This document shows, one piece after another, positions 48,288 to 58,556 of a stretch of 64,000 nt of DNA (position 1 is its first letter; each line of letters begins with the position of its first letter). The notes under the pieces were generated by a model. That model was not told the DNA's origin. It saw only the letters and a program-made list of their open reading frames with translations, and made no database searches. Made by a program: the position numbers and the translations under genes. This DNA comes from a bacterium. Lineage in GTDB: Bacteria > UBA8248. Where the stretch lies: assembly GCA_963692865.2 (NCBI GenBank), contig OY843592.1:960001-1024000 (forward strand), read 5' to 3'.

Positions 48288-49076
48288 TCAGACGATCGAA
48301 TGGAATTTGCCACCGTCGACGTTGATCGTCGCTCCCGTGATGTAGCCCGCGTGTACCGACGCCAGGAACACCGCCAGCCCCGCCACTTCCTCGGGAGCGC
48401 CGAAACGTCCGAGGGGAATCTGTGATTCACGTGCCCGCCGCATCTCGTCGATCGACATCCCGCGTTCTTCGGCGAGTTGCTCCGTCATCCAGTCTTGCAT
48501 GGGCGTATCGATCTGCCCCAGACAGATCGTGTTCACCAGGATATTGTCTTTGACAAGCGCCTGGGAAAGTCCCTTGCTCAGGCCCAATAGCGCCGCGTTC
48601 GTCGTGCTTCCCCCCAGAACGCCGGGTAGGGGCTCCTTGCCGGTTCCTCCGATCATGTTGATGATCCGTCCGCCGTCTTGTTTTTTCATGAAGCCCGCCG
48701 CCTCGCGCGAGATCACGAGATAGCCGACGATCTTCGTGTCCACGGTCTTTCGTATCTGCGCCGGCGTCAGCGAGGAGAGCGTACTCGGCGCCGCGCGGCC
48801 GGCGTTGTTCACGAGGATGTCCAGCCGCCCGAACGTCTCGACCACGCGAGACGCCAGCCCGGACGCTTCCTCCTCCACGCCGATGTCCGCACGAAGGGAG
48901 AGACCCGCGCCGCCTTGTTCCTCGACCAGCTCCAAAGTGGCGTCCAGACGGGCTTGATCCCGACCGCAGAAGGCGACCCTCACGCCCTGGTCCGCCAGAG
49001 CCAGTACCGTCGCCTTGCCGATTCCGCTCGTTCCTCCGGTGACGAGAGCAACCTTCCCCTCAAGCCCCATGTCCAT
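48288..49076 (-). CDS. Atypical short-chain dehydrogenase/reductase
   Basis: TGGTSGIG, LVNNAG, YITGATINVDGG; GSTTN in place of YxxxK. Confidence 0.88.
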   Translation of the reverse strand: MDMGLEGKVALVTGGTSGIGKATVLALADQGVRVAFCGRDQARLDATLELVEEQGGAGLSLRADIGVEEEASGLASRVVETFGRLDILVNNAGRAAPSTLSSLTPAQIRKTVDTKIVGYLVISREAAGFMKKQDGGRIINMIGGTGKEPLPGVLGGSTTNAALLGLSKGLSQALVKDNILVNTICLGQIDTPMQDWMTEQLAEERGMSIDEMRRARESQIPLGRFGAPEEVAGLAVFLASVHAGYITGATINVDGGKFHSIV

Positions 49077-49190
49077 TGCCAATCCTCATCGCTGGTGAAT
49101 GAACCATCGTTTTCTTCCGGTGGAAGAGAAAGGGCGGCTCTGGATAAAGGCGCCCGGGACGGCGATGCGGCGAAGAGCGCACAACGCTCT

Positions 49191-50297
49191 CTATTCCAGA
49201 ACGATTTTCCCCACGCCGTCCTTCCGGATGATCCGGGTATCGAACTCCGCCGAGAGCCTCTCCACGAGGTCGATCACCTCTTCGGCTCTCTCCCCTTCCA
49301 CCAGGCCGGAATTGCCCGCATCGTCAATCAAGGCCGGCACGAAGCCCAGGTCCGCCGCCCCGTCCTTACCGACCGTGAGTTCAAAGAGGGCCGTCTGCCT
49401 CGGCATGCGCGTCTTGATGAGTTCCGGCGTCATCACGCCGCCGTAGGAGAGTTCGGGGCTTCCGACATCGGGCAGTTCGTGGAAGATGAAATTCCCGATT
49501 CCGTAGAGGATCGGTTTTCCCTTGTATATCTCGACCGCCTGAAGGGTGTGGGAATGATGCCCCAGAACCACGTCCGCGCCCGCGTCCACGAGCGCGCGGC
49601 CGACGCACGTCTGGTATTCCGCCAGGTCGTAGCGGCTCGCCAGCCCCCAGTGACCGGCGATGATCACGATGTCCGCCTCGCGCTTCGCCGCCGCCACGAC
49701 TTTCTGCATGCGCGTGATATCGGCCTGGAGCGGAAAGGTTTTCACCGGGGGGGGCGTCCCGGGCTGTTCCTGTGTTCTCGGGCTCGGCTCCAGGACGAAG
49801 GCGGAAAAGATATGGATGGGTGCCAAGCCGGGGCGCTCCTCGCCCGCGGAGCAGCCGAGCGGAAGGGTGGAGGCGTAACCCAGGAAAGCCACGCGGACGC
49901 CTGCCTTCTCGATGATGGCCGGCGCGTACGCTTCTTCCAGATTCCGGCCCGCCCCCACGCGCCGGACCCCCTTCGCATCGAGAAGAGAGAGGGTGTCGAA
50001 AAGCGCGTCGTAGCCGTAGTCGAGCATGTGATTGTTGGCGAGGGTGACGACGTCCACCCCCATCTCGTCCAGCTCGTCGATCAGGGAGGGATGGGAGCGC
50101 AGGAACGTGTATTTCTCCGCCGGATAGCCCCTCTCGGAATACGGACTCTCCAGGTTGATGAACGTCATGTCGGCCCCCGCCATGCGCTCGAACAGGGCGC
50201 AGACGGGTTCCGCTTCCGGCTCTCCCGGGCGAGGAAGCTTCTGGCCGATGAACACGTCCCCGGCCAACGCGATGGAAACCATCCCTTCGTTGGACAT
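49191..50297 (-). CDS. CapA (PGA_cap) family metallophosphoesterase-fold protein, copy 2
   Basis: AGDV, NLES, ANNHMLDYG, HWG, GHHSH, YGIGNF. Confidence 0.9.
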   Translation of the reverse strand: MSNEGMVSIALAGDVFIGQKLPRPGEPEAEPVCALFERMAGADMTFINLESPYSERGYPAEKYTFLRSHPSLIDELDEMGVDVVTLANNHMLDYGYDALFDTLSLLDAKGVRRVGAGRNLEEAYAPAIIEKAGVRVAFLGYASTLPLGCSAGEERPGLAPIHIFSAFVLEPSPRTQEQPGTPPPVKTFPLQADITRMQKVVAAAKREADIVIIAGHWGLASRYDLAEYQTCVGRALVDAGADVVLGHHSHTLQAVEIYKGKPILYGIGNFIFHELPDVGSPELSYGGVMTPELIKTRMPRQTALFELTVGKDGAADLGFVPALIDDAGNSGLVEGERAEEVIDLVERLSAEFDTRIIRKDGVGKIVLE

Positions 50298-50312
50298 CTC
50301 GTCTCCCTCCTA

Positions 50313-51395
50313 TTACATCAATGAGGCCGCTTTTTCTTTGAGCCTCACCAGGCCCCGGCCACCTTCCAGCTCTATCTTCGTTCCGTATCTCACCGAGGAG
50401 CCGGACACTTCTCCCAGGATCCGCGCCGCTTCCTCCCGCTCGGCGAGGCGCGGGTGGCCGGATGCGTCCAGAACGAGCGGCGCGAGCGCAAGCTCGCGCA
50501 CTCCCTCCGCCCCTAAGCGGGCCTCCACCAGGAGTTCGTCTTTCGACATGAAATCGTACACGTTCCGGGACATGCCTTCGGGAAGCTCGTGGAACAGGAA
50601 ATTGCTCACGCCGTAGACGATCGGCGTGCTCCCGGCCACTTCCACCGGCTGGATGCAATGCGCGTGGTGGCCGACGATGAGGTCTGCGCCCGCCGCGGCG
50701 AGAGCGTGCCCGGCGTCTTGCTGGTAATCCATGAGGGCGCTCACGTTCGGCAACCCCCAGTGGGGCAGGACGACCACGATATCGGAGGAGCGTTTCGCCT
50801 CGCGCACCGCGTTCTGTAGGGTTCGGACGTCATCGGGGGAGGCGAAAGTCATGGCGGGAGGCGGCGTGCCCGGCTGCTCCTGGGTCCGCGCACTCGGCTC
50901 GACCACCCAGGCCGTGAAGACGTGCAGCGGGTTCACGCCCGGCCTGCCCTCTCCCGCAGCACTTCCCAGGGGAAGCGTGGCCGCACACGTAAGAAAAGCC
51001 ACGCGGATGCCCTTAGCCTCGAGGACGAGCGGACGCGACGCTTCCTCGATGTCTCGTCCCGCCCCCACAAAGGGGATTCCTTCGCTTCCAAGAACCTCCA
51101 GGGTGTCCGTGAAGGCGTCGGGGCCGTAGTCGAGCATGTGGTTGTTCGCGATCGTGACGCAATCGACCCCCAGGTGATGCAGGTCTTCCGCGCGCTCGGG
51201 CGCCGCGCGCATGTGGACGATCTTCTCGGCCGGCGCGCCCCGCCTCGAGAGCGGCATCTCCAAGACGCACACCGAAAGATCCGCCGCCCGGAGCTTGTCG
51301 AGGACGGCTTCCAGGCCGGGTTCATCCCGGGGGAGCGGGCGGTTGACCCAGAAGTCCCCCGCGACAGCCAGGGTGATCGCATCGGCTGCGCTCAT
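50313..51395 (-). CDS. CapA (PGA_cap) family protein, copy 1
   Basis: AGDF, VLEM, ANNHMLDYG, HWG, GHHAH, YGVSNF. Confidence 0.9.
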   Translation of the reverse strand: MSAADAITLAVAGDFWVNRPLPRDEPGLEAVLDKLRAADLSVCVLEMPLSRRGAPAEKIVHMRAAPERAEDLHHLGVDCVTIANNHMLDYGPDAFTDTLEVLGSEGIPFVGAGRDIEEASRPLVLEAKGIRVAFLTCAATLPLGSAAGEGRPGVNPLHVFTAWVVEPSARTQEQPGTPPPAMTFASPDDVRTLQNAVREAKRSSDIVVVLPHWGLPNVSALMDYQQDAGHALAAAGADLIVGHHAHCIQPVEVAGSTPIVYGVSNFLFHELPEGMSRNVYDFMSKDELLVEARLGAEGVRELALAPLVLDASGHPRLAEREEAARILGEVSGSSVRYGTKIELEGGRGLVRLKEKAASLM

Positions 51396-52792
51396 CGCTT
51401 TTTACCCATCCGCAGGAACCGCCCGTCCGTGCGCCTGAGCCGGGCGATTCGCTCAAGCGCCCGGTCTACCTGCTGCGGGCAGGTGCCGATGTAGCTTTCC
51501 GGTTTCGTGACCTCGTCGATTTCCTCAGGAGAAAGGTGCTTTCGCGCGACCGGGTTCTCGAGGAGGCATTCCTTGAGCGATCGTCCCTCTTCCCTCGCCA
51601 GCTGGGCGGCGTCATGGCAGATGGTATGGGCTTCGACCTTTCGCTTCGTCTTCTGGTAGAGGCGCAGCATCACCGCTTCGGTCATGGTGAGCTCTCGTTG
51701 AAGTTCGAGATTGCGCCGCATCGCTTTCTTGTCGACGACGAGGCCGCCGTAAATATGCTTGGCCGCCGCGATAGCGGATGACGCCAGACCGAAGCTCTCG
51801 GCGATTCGCGAGAATTCCACGGCGTAGCGGCTCGCGTCGCGCTCGTGCTGCTGCTGGACGTCCATCATGGCGAGCGCGTTCGTCCGCGAGAGTTTGGCGA
51901 GTCCTTCCTGCCATTCACTCGTCTCGGGATTGCGTTTGTGGGGGAAGGTGCTGCTGCTGTGCTGGTGTTCGATGTCCCAAGGCTCCGCCACCTCGGCCAC
52001 TTCTGTCCGCTGGAGGTCGCGGAGGTCCATCCCCGCTTCCCCCAGCGTCGAATTGATCAGCGCGAGAATGTTGAGCAATTCCGCAAAACGGTCCGTCCGG
52101 TGATGCATGCTCATATAGGGGACATGGAGCGCCAGCCGCCTGGCCACCAGGGTTTCCATCCGCCGGGTGGTTTGAAGGTCGCTCAGGTAGACGAAAGTGG
52201 ACTGGGCGCCGGTTCCGGAGGAGACGTTCGCGTAAAACAGCCGCTTGCTGCACTCCTTCAACCGCTCGATGTGATCCCGGATCTCGCTGGAAAGAATCGC
52301 GATCTTCTGGCCGTATGTGACGGGCGAGGCCTGCTGGCCCTCCGTTCGACCGGCCATGACGGTGGCGCGGTGACGCCGGGCCAGACGGACGAGGATGGCC
52401 TCAAGTTCTCGAAGCTCTCCCAGCAGCAGGACGTAGGACTCGCGGATCTGCAGCGTCAGACCGCCGTCGAGGATGTCCTGGGTCGTCGTTCCGAGATGGA
52501 AGTATTCCCCTTCCGGCCCCGCCACCTTCGCGAAAGCATGAACCAGCGAGACGATCCAGTGGCGCGCCTTCTCGAACTCGCGGAAGACGAGGAGGGGAGT
52601 GACCTTCTTCGCGTCGCAACCGCGCACGATGGCCCTGGACGCCCATTTCGGAATCATCTTCAGTTCCCCTTGCGCCCCGGCGATGGCCGCCTCCACGTCG
52701 AGCCATTTCTGGACCATGTTCTCTTCGGTCCAGACAGCCCGCATCTCGGGCGTGGCGTAATAATCACGAAGCAACAGGCACTGATCTTTCAT
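51392..52792 (-). CDS. Adenylosuccinate lyase/fumarate-lyase superfamily protein
   Basis: HLGTTTQDI, MAGRT, SSSTFPHKRNP signature, HERD. Confidence 0.9.
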   Translation of the reverse strand: MKDQCLLLRDYYATPEMRAVWTEENMVQKWLDVEAAIAGAQGELKMIPKWASRAIVRGCDAKKVTPLLVFREFEKARHWIVSLVHAFAKVAGPEGEYFHLGTTTQDILDGGLTLQIRESYVLLLGELRELEAILVRLARRHRATVMAGRTEGQQASPVTYGQKIAILSSEIRDHIERLKECSKRLFYANVSSGTGAQSTFVYLSDLQTTRRMETLVARRLALHVPYMSMHHRTDRFAELLNILALINSTLGEAGMDLRDLQRTEVAEVAEPWDIEHQHSSSTFPHKRNPETSEWQEGLAKLSRTNALAMMDVQQQHERDASRYAVEFSRIAESFGLASSAIAAAKHIYGGLVVDKKAMRRNLELQRELTMTEAVMLRLYQKTKRKVEAHTICHDAAQLAREEGRSLKECLLENPVARKHLSPEEIDEVTKPESYIGTCPQQVDRALERIARLRRTDGRFLRMGKKR

Positions 52793-52842
52793 TTCTTCTC
52801 CGCGTTTTTGCGTTCATTAGAGGAATGAATGGAACCGAAAGC

Positions 52843-54228
52843 TCAATCCAGCGTTGGCTGGGCAAAACGGCCGCTGCCCGGCGGGACCACCACTTCTCCG
52901 TCCCTGGCGATCAGCTCCCCGCGCAGGAAGGTCATCACCGGCGCTCCCACGAAAGTCCTGTTGGCGAAGGCCGTGTAATTCGCCTTGCTTTTCCCCTTCA
53001 CCGGATCGACGAACACGGTCCGCTCCATATCGACCACCACGAGATCGGCGTCCGCCCCCGGGCGGATCGTCCCCTTTTCCGGGAACAGGCGGAAAATCCG
53101 CGCCGGCGCCTCGCACAAACGCGCAACGAGCGTCGGCAGCGTCAGGCGACCCTGGTTCACTTCGTTCAGCATCGAAGGCAGAAAAATTTCCAGGCCGGGT
53201 CCGCCGGGCGGGGCGATCCAGATGTTTTCGTTGTTTTTGAGCTCGTTGATCTGGGGGGCGTGGTCGGTTCCCATGGTGTCGATGGTCCCGTCCAGGAACC
53301 CTTCGCGCAGGGCGTCGCGGTCGGCGGCCGTCTTGACGGGCGGGCTGAATTTCCCCCATGAACCCACCGCGTGGAGGTCCTTGTCGCACAGGAGCAGGTT
53401 GCCCGGCGCAACTTCCGAGGTGATCTTCGGATTTTTTTTCTTCGCGTTGCGGATGAGCTGGACCGCCTCCGCGCCGATGACGTGACAGATATGCAAACGG
53501 GCGCCCGTGGCCGTGGACAAGGTGAGGGCCTCGAAGACCGCGAGGTCTTCGGCGAAATTCGGCCGGCTCAGACGCCAGGCGTCGATGTCCGGCTTCATCG
53601 TCTCCTTGCTTCGCTCGGTGAAGAGTTCGAGGATCGGATTCGATTCGGCGTGGATTCCAATCTGTCCATCGAAGCCCGCGATTTCCTCGAACAGCAGGAA
53701 GAGCTTGTCGATGTCGACGGTAATGTATTTTGCGAAATCTTCCTTGAAGGCCCCCGTCACGGCGGTGAAAATCTTGTAACCGATGGCGCCCAGCTCCTGG
53801 AAGTGATGGAGTTCCTTCCGGTTCTGATCGCAGGCCCAGGCGTAGAGGGCAATATCCGCGTACGTGCGATTTTCAATGAGCGCCTTTCGTTCGATAAAAT
53901 CCTCAGGACTCAGAACGTCGGGTATGCCGTTTGGCATCTGCATCACCGTCGTCACGCCGCCGACGGCGGCGCAGGCGGTTCCGGTGGTGAAGTCCTCCTT
54001 TTCGGATTCCCCCATGTCGCGCAGGTGTACGTGGGGGTCGATGATTCCCGGCAGAAGATATTTCCCCCCGAGGTCGATCTCCTCTGCGCCTCCCCCGGGA
54101 AGAGCGCCTTCTTCGAGCGAAGCGACCCGCCCGTCGCGCACGGCCACGTTGGCGCGGCGAATCTCTTCGGTCGTCACGACATTCGCGTTCATCAAGTTGT
54201 AATCACGGTTCACGTCTTGGGGCGTCAT
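52843..54228 (-). CDS. Dihydroorotase/allantoinase-family cyclic amidohydrolase
   Basis: DPHVHLRD, GGVTT..QMPN, YKIF, HAE, HICH, KFSPP, TDHAP. Confidence 0.9.
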   Translation of the reverse strand: MTPQDVNRDYNLMNANVVTTEEIRRANVAVRDGRVASLEEGALPGGGAEEIDLGGKYLLPGIIDPHVHLRDMGESEKEDFTTGTACAAVGGVTTVMQMPNGIPDVLSPEDFIERKALIENRTYADIALYAWACDQNRKELHHFQELGAIGYKIFTAVTGAFKEDFAKYITVDIDKLFLLFEEIAGFDGQIGIHAESNPILELFTERSKETMKPDIDAWRLSRPNFAEDLAVFEALTLSTATGARLHICHVIGAEAVQLIRNAKKKNPKITSEVAPGNLLLCDKDLHAVGSWGKFSPPVKTAADRDALREGFLDGTIDTMGTDHAPQINELKNNENIWIAPPGGPGLEIFLPSMLNEVNQGRLTLPTLVARLCEAPARIFRLFPEKGTIRPGADADLVVVDMERTVFVDPVKGKSKANYTAFANRTFVGAPVMTFLRGELIARDGEVVVPPGSGRFAQPTLD

Positions 54229-56231
54229 CGCTGTTCCTCTCGTGATGGGTAGGAAGACGTAACCTCATCCGCTCCCGCTCCGCGCCGGAGACGCAAGGAA
54301 ACACCTGTGGATCTCCAGCGTTGCCAGGCGACCACGGACAGGAGCCCAATGAGGCCGATTCCGTTCGCTGAAATCGAATAAGGGATCAGCAAAATCCCGG
54401 AGGCCACCAGGAGAATGCGCTCCACGATGTGGAGCTCCCGCAGCATTCTTCCCTGTACGCCATAAGTGAAGGCCAGGATCCCCAGGAGGGAGGTCCCGAC
54501 AGCGTAAACCACATCAAAGGGGCTTCCGATAAAAACGAGGCCGGGGCTGTATACGAACATGAACGGGACGATGAACGCCGCCAGCCCAATGCGTATCGCC
54601 AGGAATCCCGTCCGCAGCGGAGGCGCCTTGGCGATGGCGGCGCCCGCGTACGCAGCCAGTGCGACCGGCGGCGTGATCGCCGAAATAATGCCGGAATACA
54701 GGACGAAGAGGTGCGCCGATATCTTGGGCACGCCGGCCTTGACCAGGGAAGGGGCAATCAGCACGGCCAGGATAATGTAGGCCGGCATCGTGGGCATCCC
54801 CATCCCGAGCAGAATGCTGGTCACCATGCCGATCACCAGCATCGGAAGCAGCGCTTCATGAGCCAGTTCGAGGAGAGCGAAAGAAACCTTCGCCCCCAGG
54901 CCCGTCAGCGTGAAGATGCTCACCACGATCCCCGCACACGCGCAGGCGAGCGCGACCTGCAGCGTGGCCATCGTTCCCGCGCGAAGCGCGTTGAGAATCT
55001 GCCGGGGCGACAAGCGGCTGGCGGCTTTCAGGGAACTGACGGCGACCGTGGCCACAATCGCCCAGAAACCCGATTTCGTCGGGGACCAGTGCATGTACAT
55101 CAACATGAATACGAGGATGACCGGGGGAGCGAGAAAGGGCCAGCCTTCCGAGAGGAGACGCAGCGGCCTGGGGAGTTCCGAACGATCCATCCCCCGAAGC
55201 CCCAGGCGCACGGCTTCCAGGTCTACGGCAATGAACACCGCGACGTAATAGAGGATGGCCGGCAGCAGCGCCATGACGATAATCTCTCTGTATGTGACGT
55301 GGATCATCTCGATCATGATGAAAACGGCCGCACCCATGATGGGGGGCATGAACTGTCCGCCGGTCGAGGAAACCGCCTCGACCGCAGCGGCGAAGGTGGG
55401 CTGGTACCCGAGACGCTTCATCATCGGTATGGTGAACGTCCCCGTGCCCACGACGTTGGCCGTGGCGCTGCCCGAGATCGTGCCGAAAAGCGTGCTCCCC
55501 ACAACCGCGACTTTCGCCGGTCCGCCCCGCACCCGGCCGAAAAGCCCGAAGGCGAGATCGATGAAAAACCGGCCCGCTCCGGTCTCCTGAAGAAAAGCCC
55601 CGAAAGTGATGAACAGAATGACGAACGTCGCTGAAACGCCGATCGGAAACCCGTAAATACCTTCCGTGCTGGTGTAGGAGTGCTGCAGAATCCGCCCCCA
55701 GTCGTAACCGCGGTGCCCGAAGATACCCGGCATGTTCGGGCCCCAGTAGGCGTAGATCACGAACGCCACGGCGACCAGAGGCAGCGTCCAGCCGATGACC
55801 CTCCGGGTCGCTTCGAGAACCAGGATGATGGCGACGATTCCGAGGAGCATGTCCGTTACATTCGGGTTCCCGTCCCGGAAGGTGAGAACATGGTATTGAT
55901 CGATGATGTAGAGGCCGATGGTGATGCTTCCGATAACGAAAACGGTGTCGAGAAGCCGACCGAAAACATAGTACCGCTCCTTCGTCGAGGTCGGGTAAAG
56001 AAGGTATGTGAGAATCAGGATCGGACTCAAGTGAATCGAACGCTGAATGAGCGCTCCGTACGCACCGGCGAAACCCGTATAGAGGTGAAAAACCGCCACC
56101 GCAATGGCCAGCCAGGTGATGACCGGGTTGAGAAAACGCTCGAAGGCGTTGTCCGGGCGGGCCCGGCCGTGAACGATTACCCCCGCCTCTTCCGCATCCG
56201 GCGATTGCTTCGGTTCGCCATTCGCATCCAC
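54225..56231 (-). CDS. TRAP transporter fused (4TM/12TM) permease
   Basis: LEATRR, GGPAK, GTISGSATAN, MPPIMGA, ITPPVALAA. Confidence 0.93.
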   Translation of the reverse strand: MDANGEPKQSPDAEEAGVIVHGRARPDNAFERFLNPVITWLAIAVAVFHLYTGFAGAYGALIQRSIHLSPILILTYLLYPTSTKERYYVFGRLLDTVFVIGSITIGLYIIDQYHVLTFRDGNPNVTDMLLGIVAIILVLEATRRVIGWTLPLVAVAFVIYAYWGPNMPGIFGHRGYDWGRILQHSYTSTEGIYGFPIGVSATFVILFITFGAFLQETGAGRFFIDLAFGLFGRVRGGPAKVAVVGSTLFGTISGSATANVVGTGTFTIPMMKRLGYQPTFAAAVEAVSSTGGQFMPPIMGAAVFIMIEMIHVTYREIIVMALLPAILYYVAVFIAVDLEAVRLGLRGMDRSELPRPLRLLSEGWPFLAPPVILVFMLMYMHWSPTKSGFWAIVATVAVSSLKAASRLSPRQILNALRAGTMATLQVALACACAGIVVSIFTLTGLGAKVSFALLELAHEALLPMLVIGMVTSILLGMGMPTMPAYIILAVLIAPSLVKAGVPKISAHLFVLYSGIISAITPPVALAAYAGAAIAKAPPLRTGFLAIRIGLAAFIVPFMFVYSPGLVFIGSPFDVVYAVGTSLLGILAFTYGVQGRMLRELHIVERILLVASGILLIPYSISANGIGLIGLLSVVAWQRWRSTGVSLRLRRGAGADEVTSSYPSREEQR

Positions 56232-56301
56232 TGCACGACTCCCTTGCGGTGGCCGGCGCCCCCGCCCTCAGGCGGAGGCGCCGAAATGCCCGTACGACAA
56301 A

Positions 56302-57270
56302 TTATTTGATGCCCTTTTCCTTGAAGTAACGCGCGGCGCCGGGATGAACGGGAATGGGAATGCTCCCGGCGGAGCCGGGGAGTTTGTACTTCGACCCGGC
56401 GCGGTGAATGGCGGCGAGCTCATCGGTGTGCTCGAGGACCGTTTTCGTCACCGCGTAGACCGTCGCGTTGTCCATGTCCGCGTGGGTGATGATGATGGTC
56501 GCCGACGCCATCGCCCCGACGTCTCCCTTCATGCCGCCGTAAGTGCCCTTGGGAATGCTGGAAGGCGACCAGTATGGATGCAGCTTGCTGATTTTCTTCA
56601 TGTCCGCCATGGAGATGGGGACCAATCTGACGTCGTGCGTCGAAGTGATGTCCTTTACCGCACCGCCCGGAATGCCGGCGAGCTGGATGGTTCCGTCCAC
56701 GGTTCCGTCCTTCAGCGCCGCAACGGCTTCCGTCTGGGTCAGATGATCCGTTCGGGCGAACTGCTTGGTGCTGATCCCCAGGACTTCGAGCATCGCCACG
56801 CCCATCGCCGCCGTGGAGCTTCCCGGCTGTCCGATGGAGATCCGCTTTCCTTTATAGTCATACACACTCTTAATTCCCGACTTCCTGAGCGTCACGAAAT
56901 GCTGGATGCTGGCGTGGCCGCTCATCAGGGCGCGGAGCTTGTATTTTTCTCCCGGCTTGAATCGCCCGCCCCCCTTCACCGCAAAGTAGGCGGCGTCCGG
57001 GGTCGTCAGACCAAAATCGGCTCTCTTGGTTCCGATGAGGCGCGTATTGCCGAAACCGCCTCCCGTGACCTCCGCGTTCGCCCGCATCCCCGGAATGTAT
57101 TTGGACAGGATCTTGGCCATTCCGGTTGCGACTACGATGTACGTTCCGCCCGAAGCGCCGCCGGCGATGGTGACGAACTTCTTGGCAGCCTGGGCGGAGG
57201 AAATCGTCATCGCCAAAATGGCGATGACCACCACTGCGAACTTAATGAACGTCTTCATTGCGCGCATCAT
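56302..57270 (-). CDS. TAXI-family TRAP solute-binding protein
   Basis: Signal peptide, GGASGGTY, VTGG..N, IPKGTY, IPVHPGAARYFKE. Confidence 0.92.
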   Translation of the reverse strand: MMRAMKTFIKFAVVVIAILAMTISSAQAAKKFVTIAGGASGGTYIVVATGMAKILSKYIPGMRANAEVTGGGFGNTRLIGTKRADFGLTTPDAAYFAVKGGGRFKPGEKYKLRALMSGHASIQHFVTLRKSGIKSVYDYKGKRISIGQPGSSTAAMGVAMLEVLGISTKQFARTDHLTQTEAVAALKDGTVDGTIQLAGIPGGAVKDITSTHDVRLVPISMADMKKISKLHPYWSPSSIPKGTYGGMKGDVGAMASATIIITHADMDNATVYAVTKTVLEHTDELAAIHRAGSKYKLPGSAGSIPIPVHPGAARYFKEKGIK

Positions 57271-57389
57271 TTTCTCCCCTCCTTGTTTGGGTAGACTAGG
57301 AACTTTCCTTGACCTCCCGGATGGATGATGAAGCAACGATAAGACTTCATATTAAAAAGTTTTAAACAGATTCCCCGAAAACAGGATTT

Positions 57390-58169
57390 CTATGCTTCAG
57401 GTTCCCTCCAGCCCAGGGATGCCGAAACCTCCCGAGCGGCTCCGATGACCTGGGCGGCAAGGATTTTCCGGTTCGAGTTTCCGATCCGGTGAACCGGGGC
57501 CGAGAGCGTCAACGAAGCCGCAACGGCTCCTGGTTCATCGAACACCGGTGCGGAAATCGCCCTGGCCCCGACGATGAACTCCTGGTCGCTGTACGCGTGG
57601 CCCTTTTCACGAATCTCCTTGAGCTCGTTTCTTAATTTGACGGGATCGGTGATCGTATTTTCTGTCGCCCTCGACAGTTTCTGCTGCATGATCGTCTCGA
57701 TGTTCTGATCCGGCAAAAAGGCGAGCAGGGCTTTCGACGCCGCCCCAACGTGCAAGGGCCGCACCTCTCCCACGAAAAAACGAGTGATCATCGATTGGCG
57801 GCTTTCGATGCACTCGATGCAAATGGTCTCCCGACCCGATTTGATACACAGGAAAGTCGTTTCTCCCGTTTCCGAGGTAAGCCTTCTCATGACGGGAACC
57901 GCAAGTTCGCAAAGGTTTCCATTCTGTCCGTTCCGGGAACTGTTTTTCGAGAGGAGGGAGAGGGAAGGCCCCAGCCGGTATTTTCCGTATTCGGAGGAAG
58001 CATCCACGAAGCCCCTCGTCTGGAGGGTCTTGAGGAATCGGTAAGTCGTACTTTTGGGAAGTTGGATTTCGGAGGAAAGCTCTTCTACAGATGATGAGCC
58101 GGATCCATGGGCTATTGCCCAGAGGAGATCGATTGCTTTATCTATCGTCTTAAGGGAGGCGGAAGACAT
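57390..58169 (-). CDS. IclR family transcriptional regulator
   Basis: IDKAIDLL, LPKSTTYRFLKTL, TGET, GAASKALLAF, AISAPV. Confidence 0.93.
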   Translation of the reverse strand: MSSASLKTIDKAIDLLWAIAHGSGSSSVEELSSEIQLPKSTTYRFLKTLQTRGFVDASSEYGKYRLGPSLSLLSKNSSRNGQNGNLCELAVPVMRRLTSETGETTFLCIKSGRETICIECIESRQSMITRFFVGEVRPLHVGAASKALLAFLPDQNIETIMQQKLSRATENTITDPVKLRNELKEIREKGHAYSDQEFIVGARAISAPVFDEPGAVAASLTLSAPVHRIGNSNRKILAAQVIGAAREVSASLGWREPEA

Positions 58170-58184
58170 TTATTTTCTCAAATA

Positions 58185-58203
58185 ATAAGAAATATATTCT
58201 TAT
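58185..58203. promoter_or_regulatory. AT-rich palindrome upstream of iclR, possible operator
   Basis: ATAAGAA-atata-TTCTTAT, 15 bp upstream of the ATG. Confidence 0.45.
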
Positions 58204-58282
58204 ATTTCAGTAAATATATGCCCCGTTGCCGTTCATGTCAACCGATGATTGGCTTGTTCCAACAACGTATCCTGGTCGCGTA

Positions 58283-58527
58283 AGAAATTCCGGCCCGCCC
58301 GAAAACTCATTGGCGCGGGGGCGTTCTTCCCTCCGCCAACGACTCCGGGATGACGGCGAATGCGCGGGTCAATTTCGGGCGAGGAGAAGTTGTTGAAAAA
58401 ATCCCCCGAAAAACAGGGAGCGGATTTCAACCCATAGATGCGGCCCGCGCCGGGGCTAGAGGGCATCCTTCGATACGAGGTTTCGTCGCTACTCAGGATG
58501 AGGCGAAGAGGACTTTTTAACAGCCCC
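58283..58527 (+). repeat. About 120-bp structured repeat copy 2 fused to a MITE-like element
   Basis: Matches 22253-22373; ends GAAGTTGTTGAAAAAATCC (58386) and (rc) GGGGCTGTTAAAAAGTCC (58510-58527). Confidence 0.8.
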
Positions 58528-58556
58528 GGGCCGCCGGCCGAGAGGTTTCGACCCCC

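Noticed and set aside
49191-51395. Poly-gamma-glutamate capsule locus
   Set aside because: No capB/capC ligase genes and no membrane anchors.
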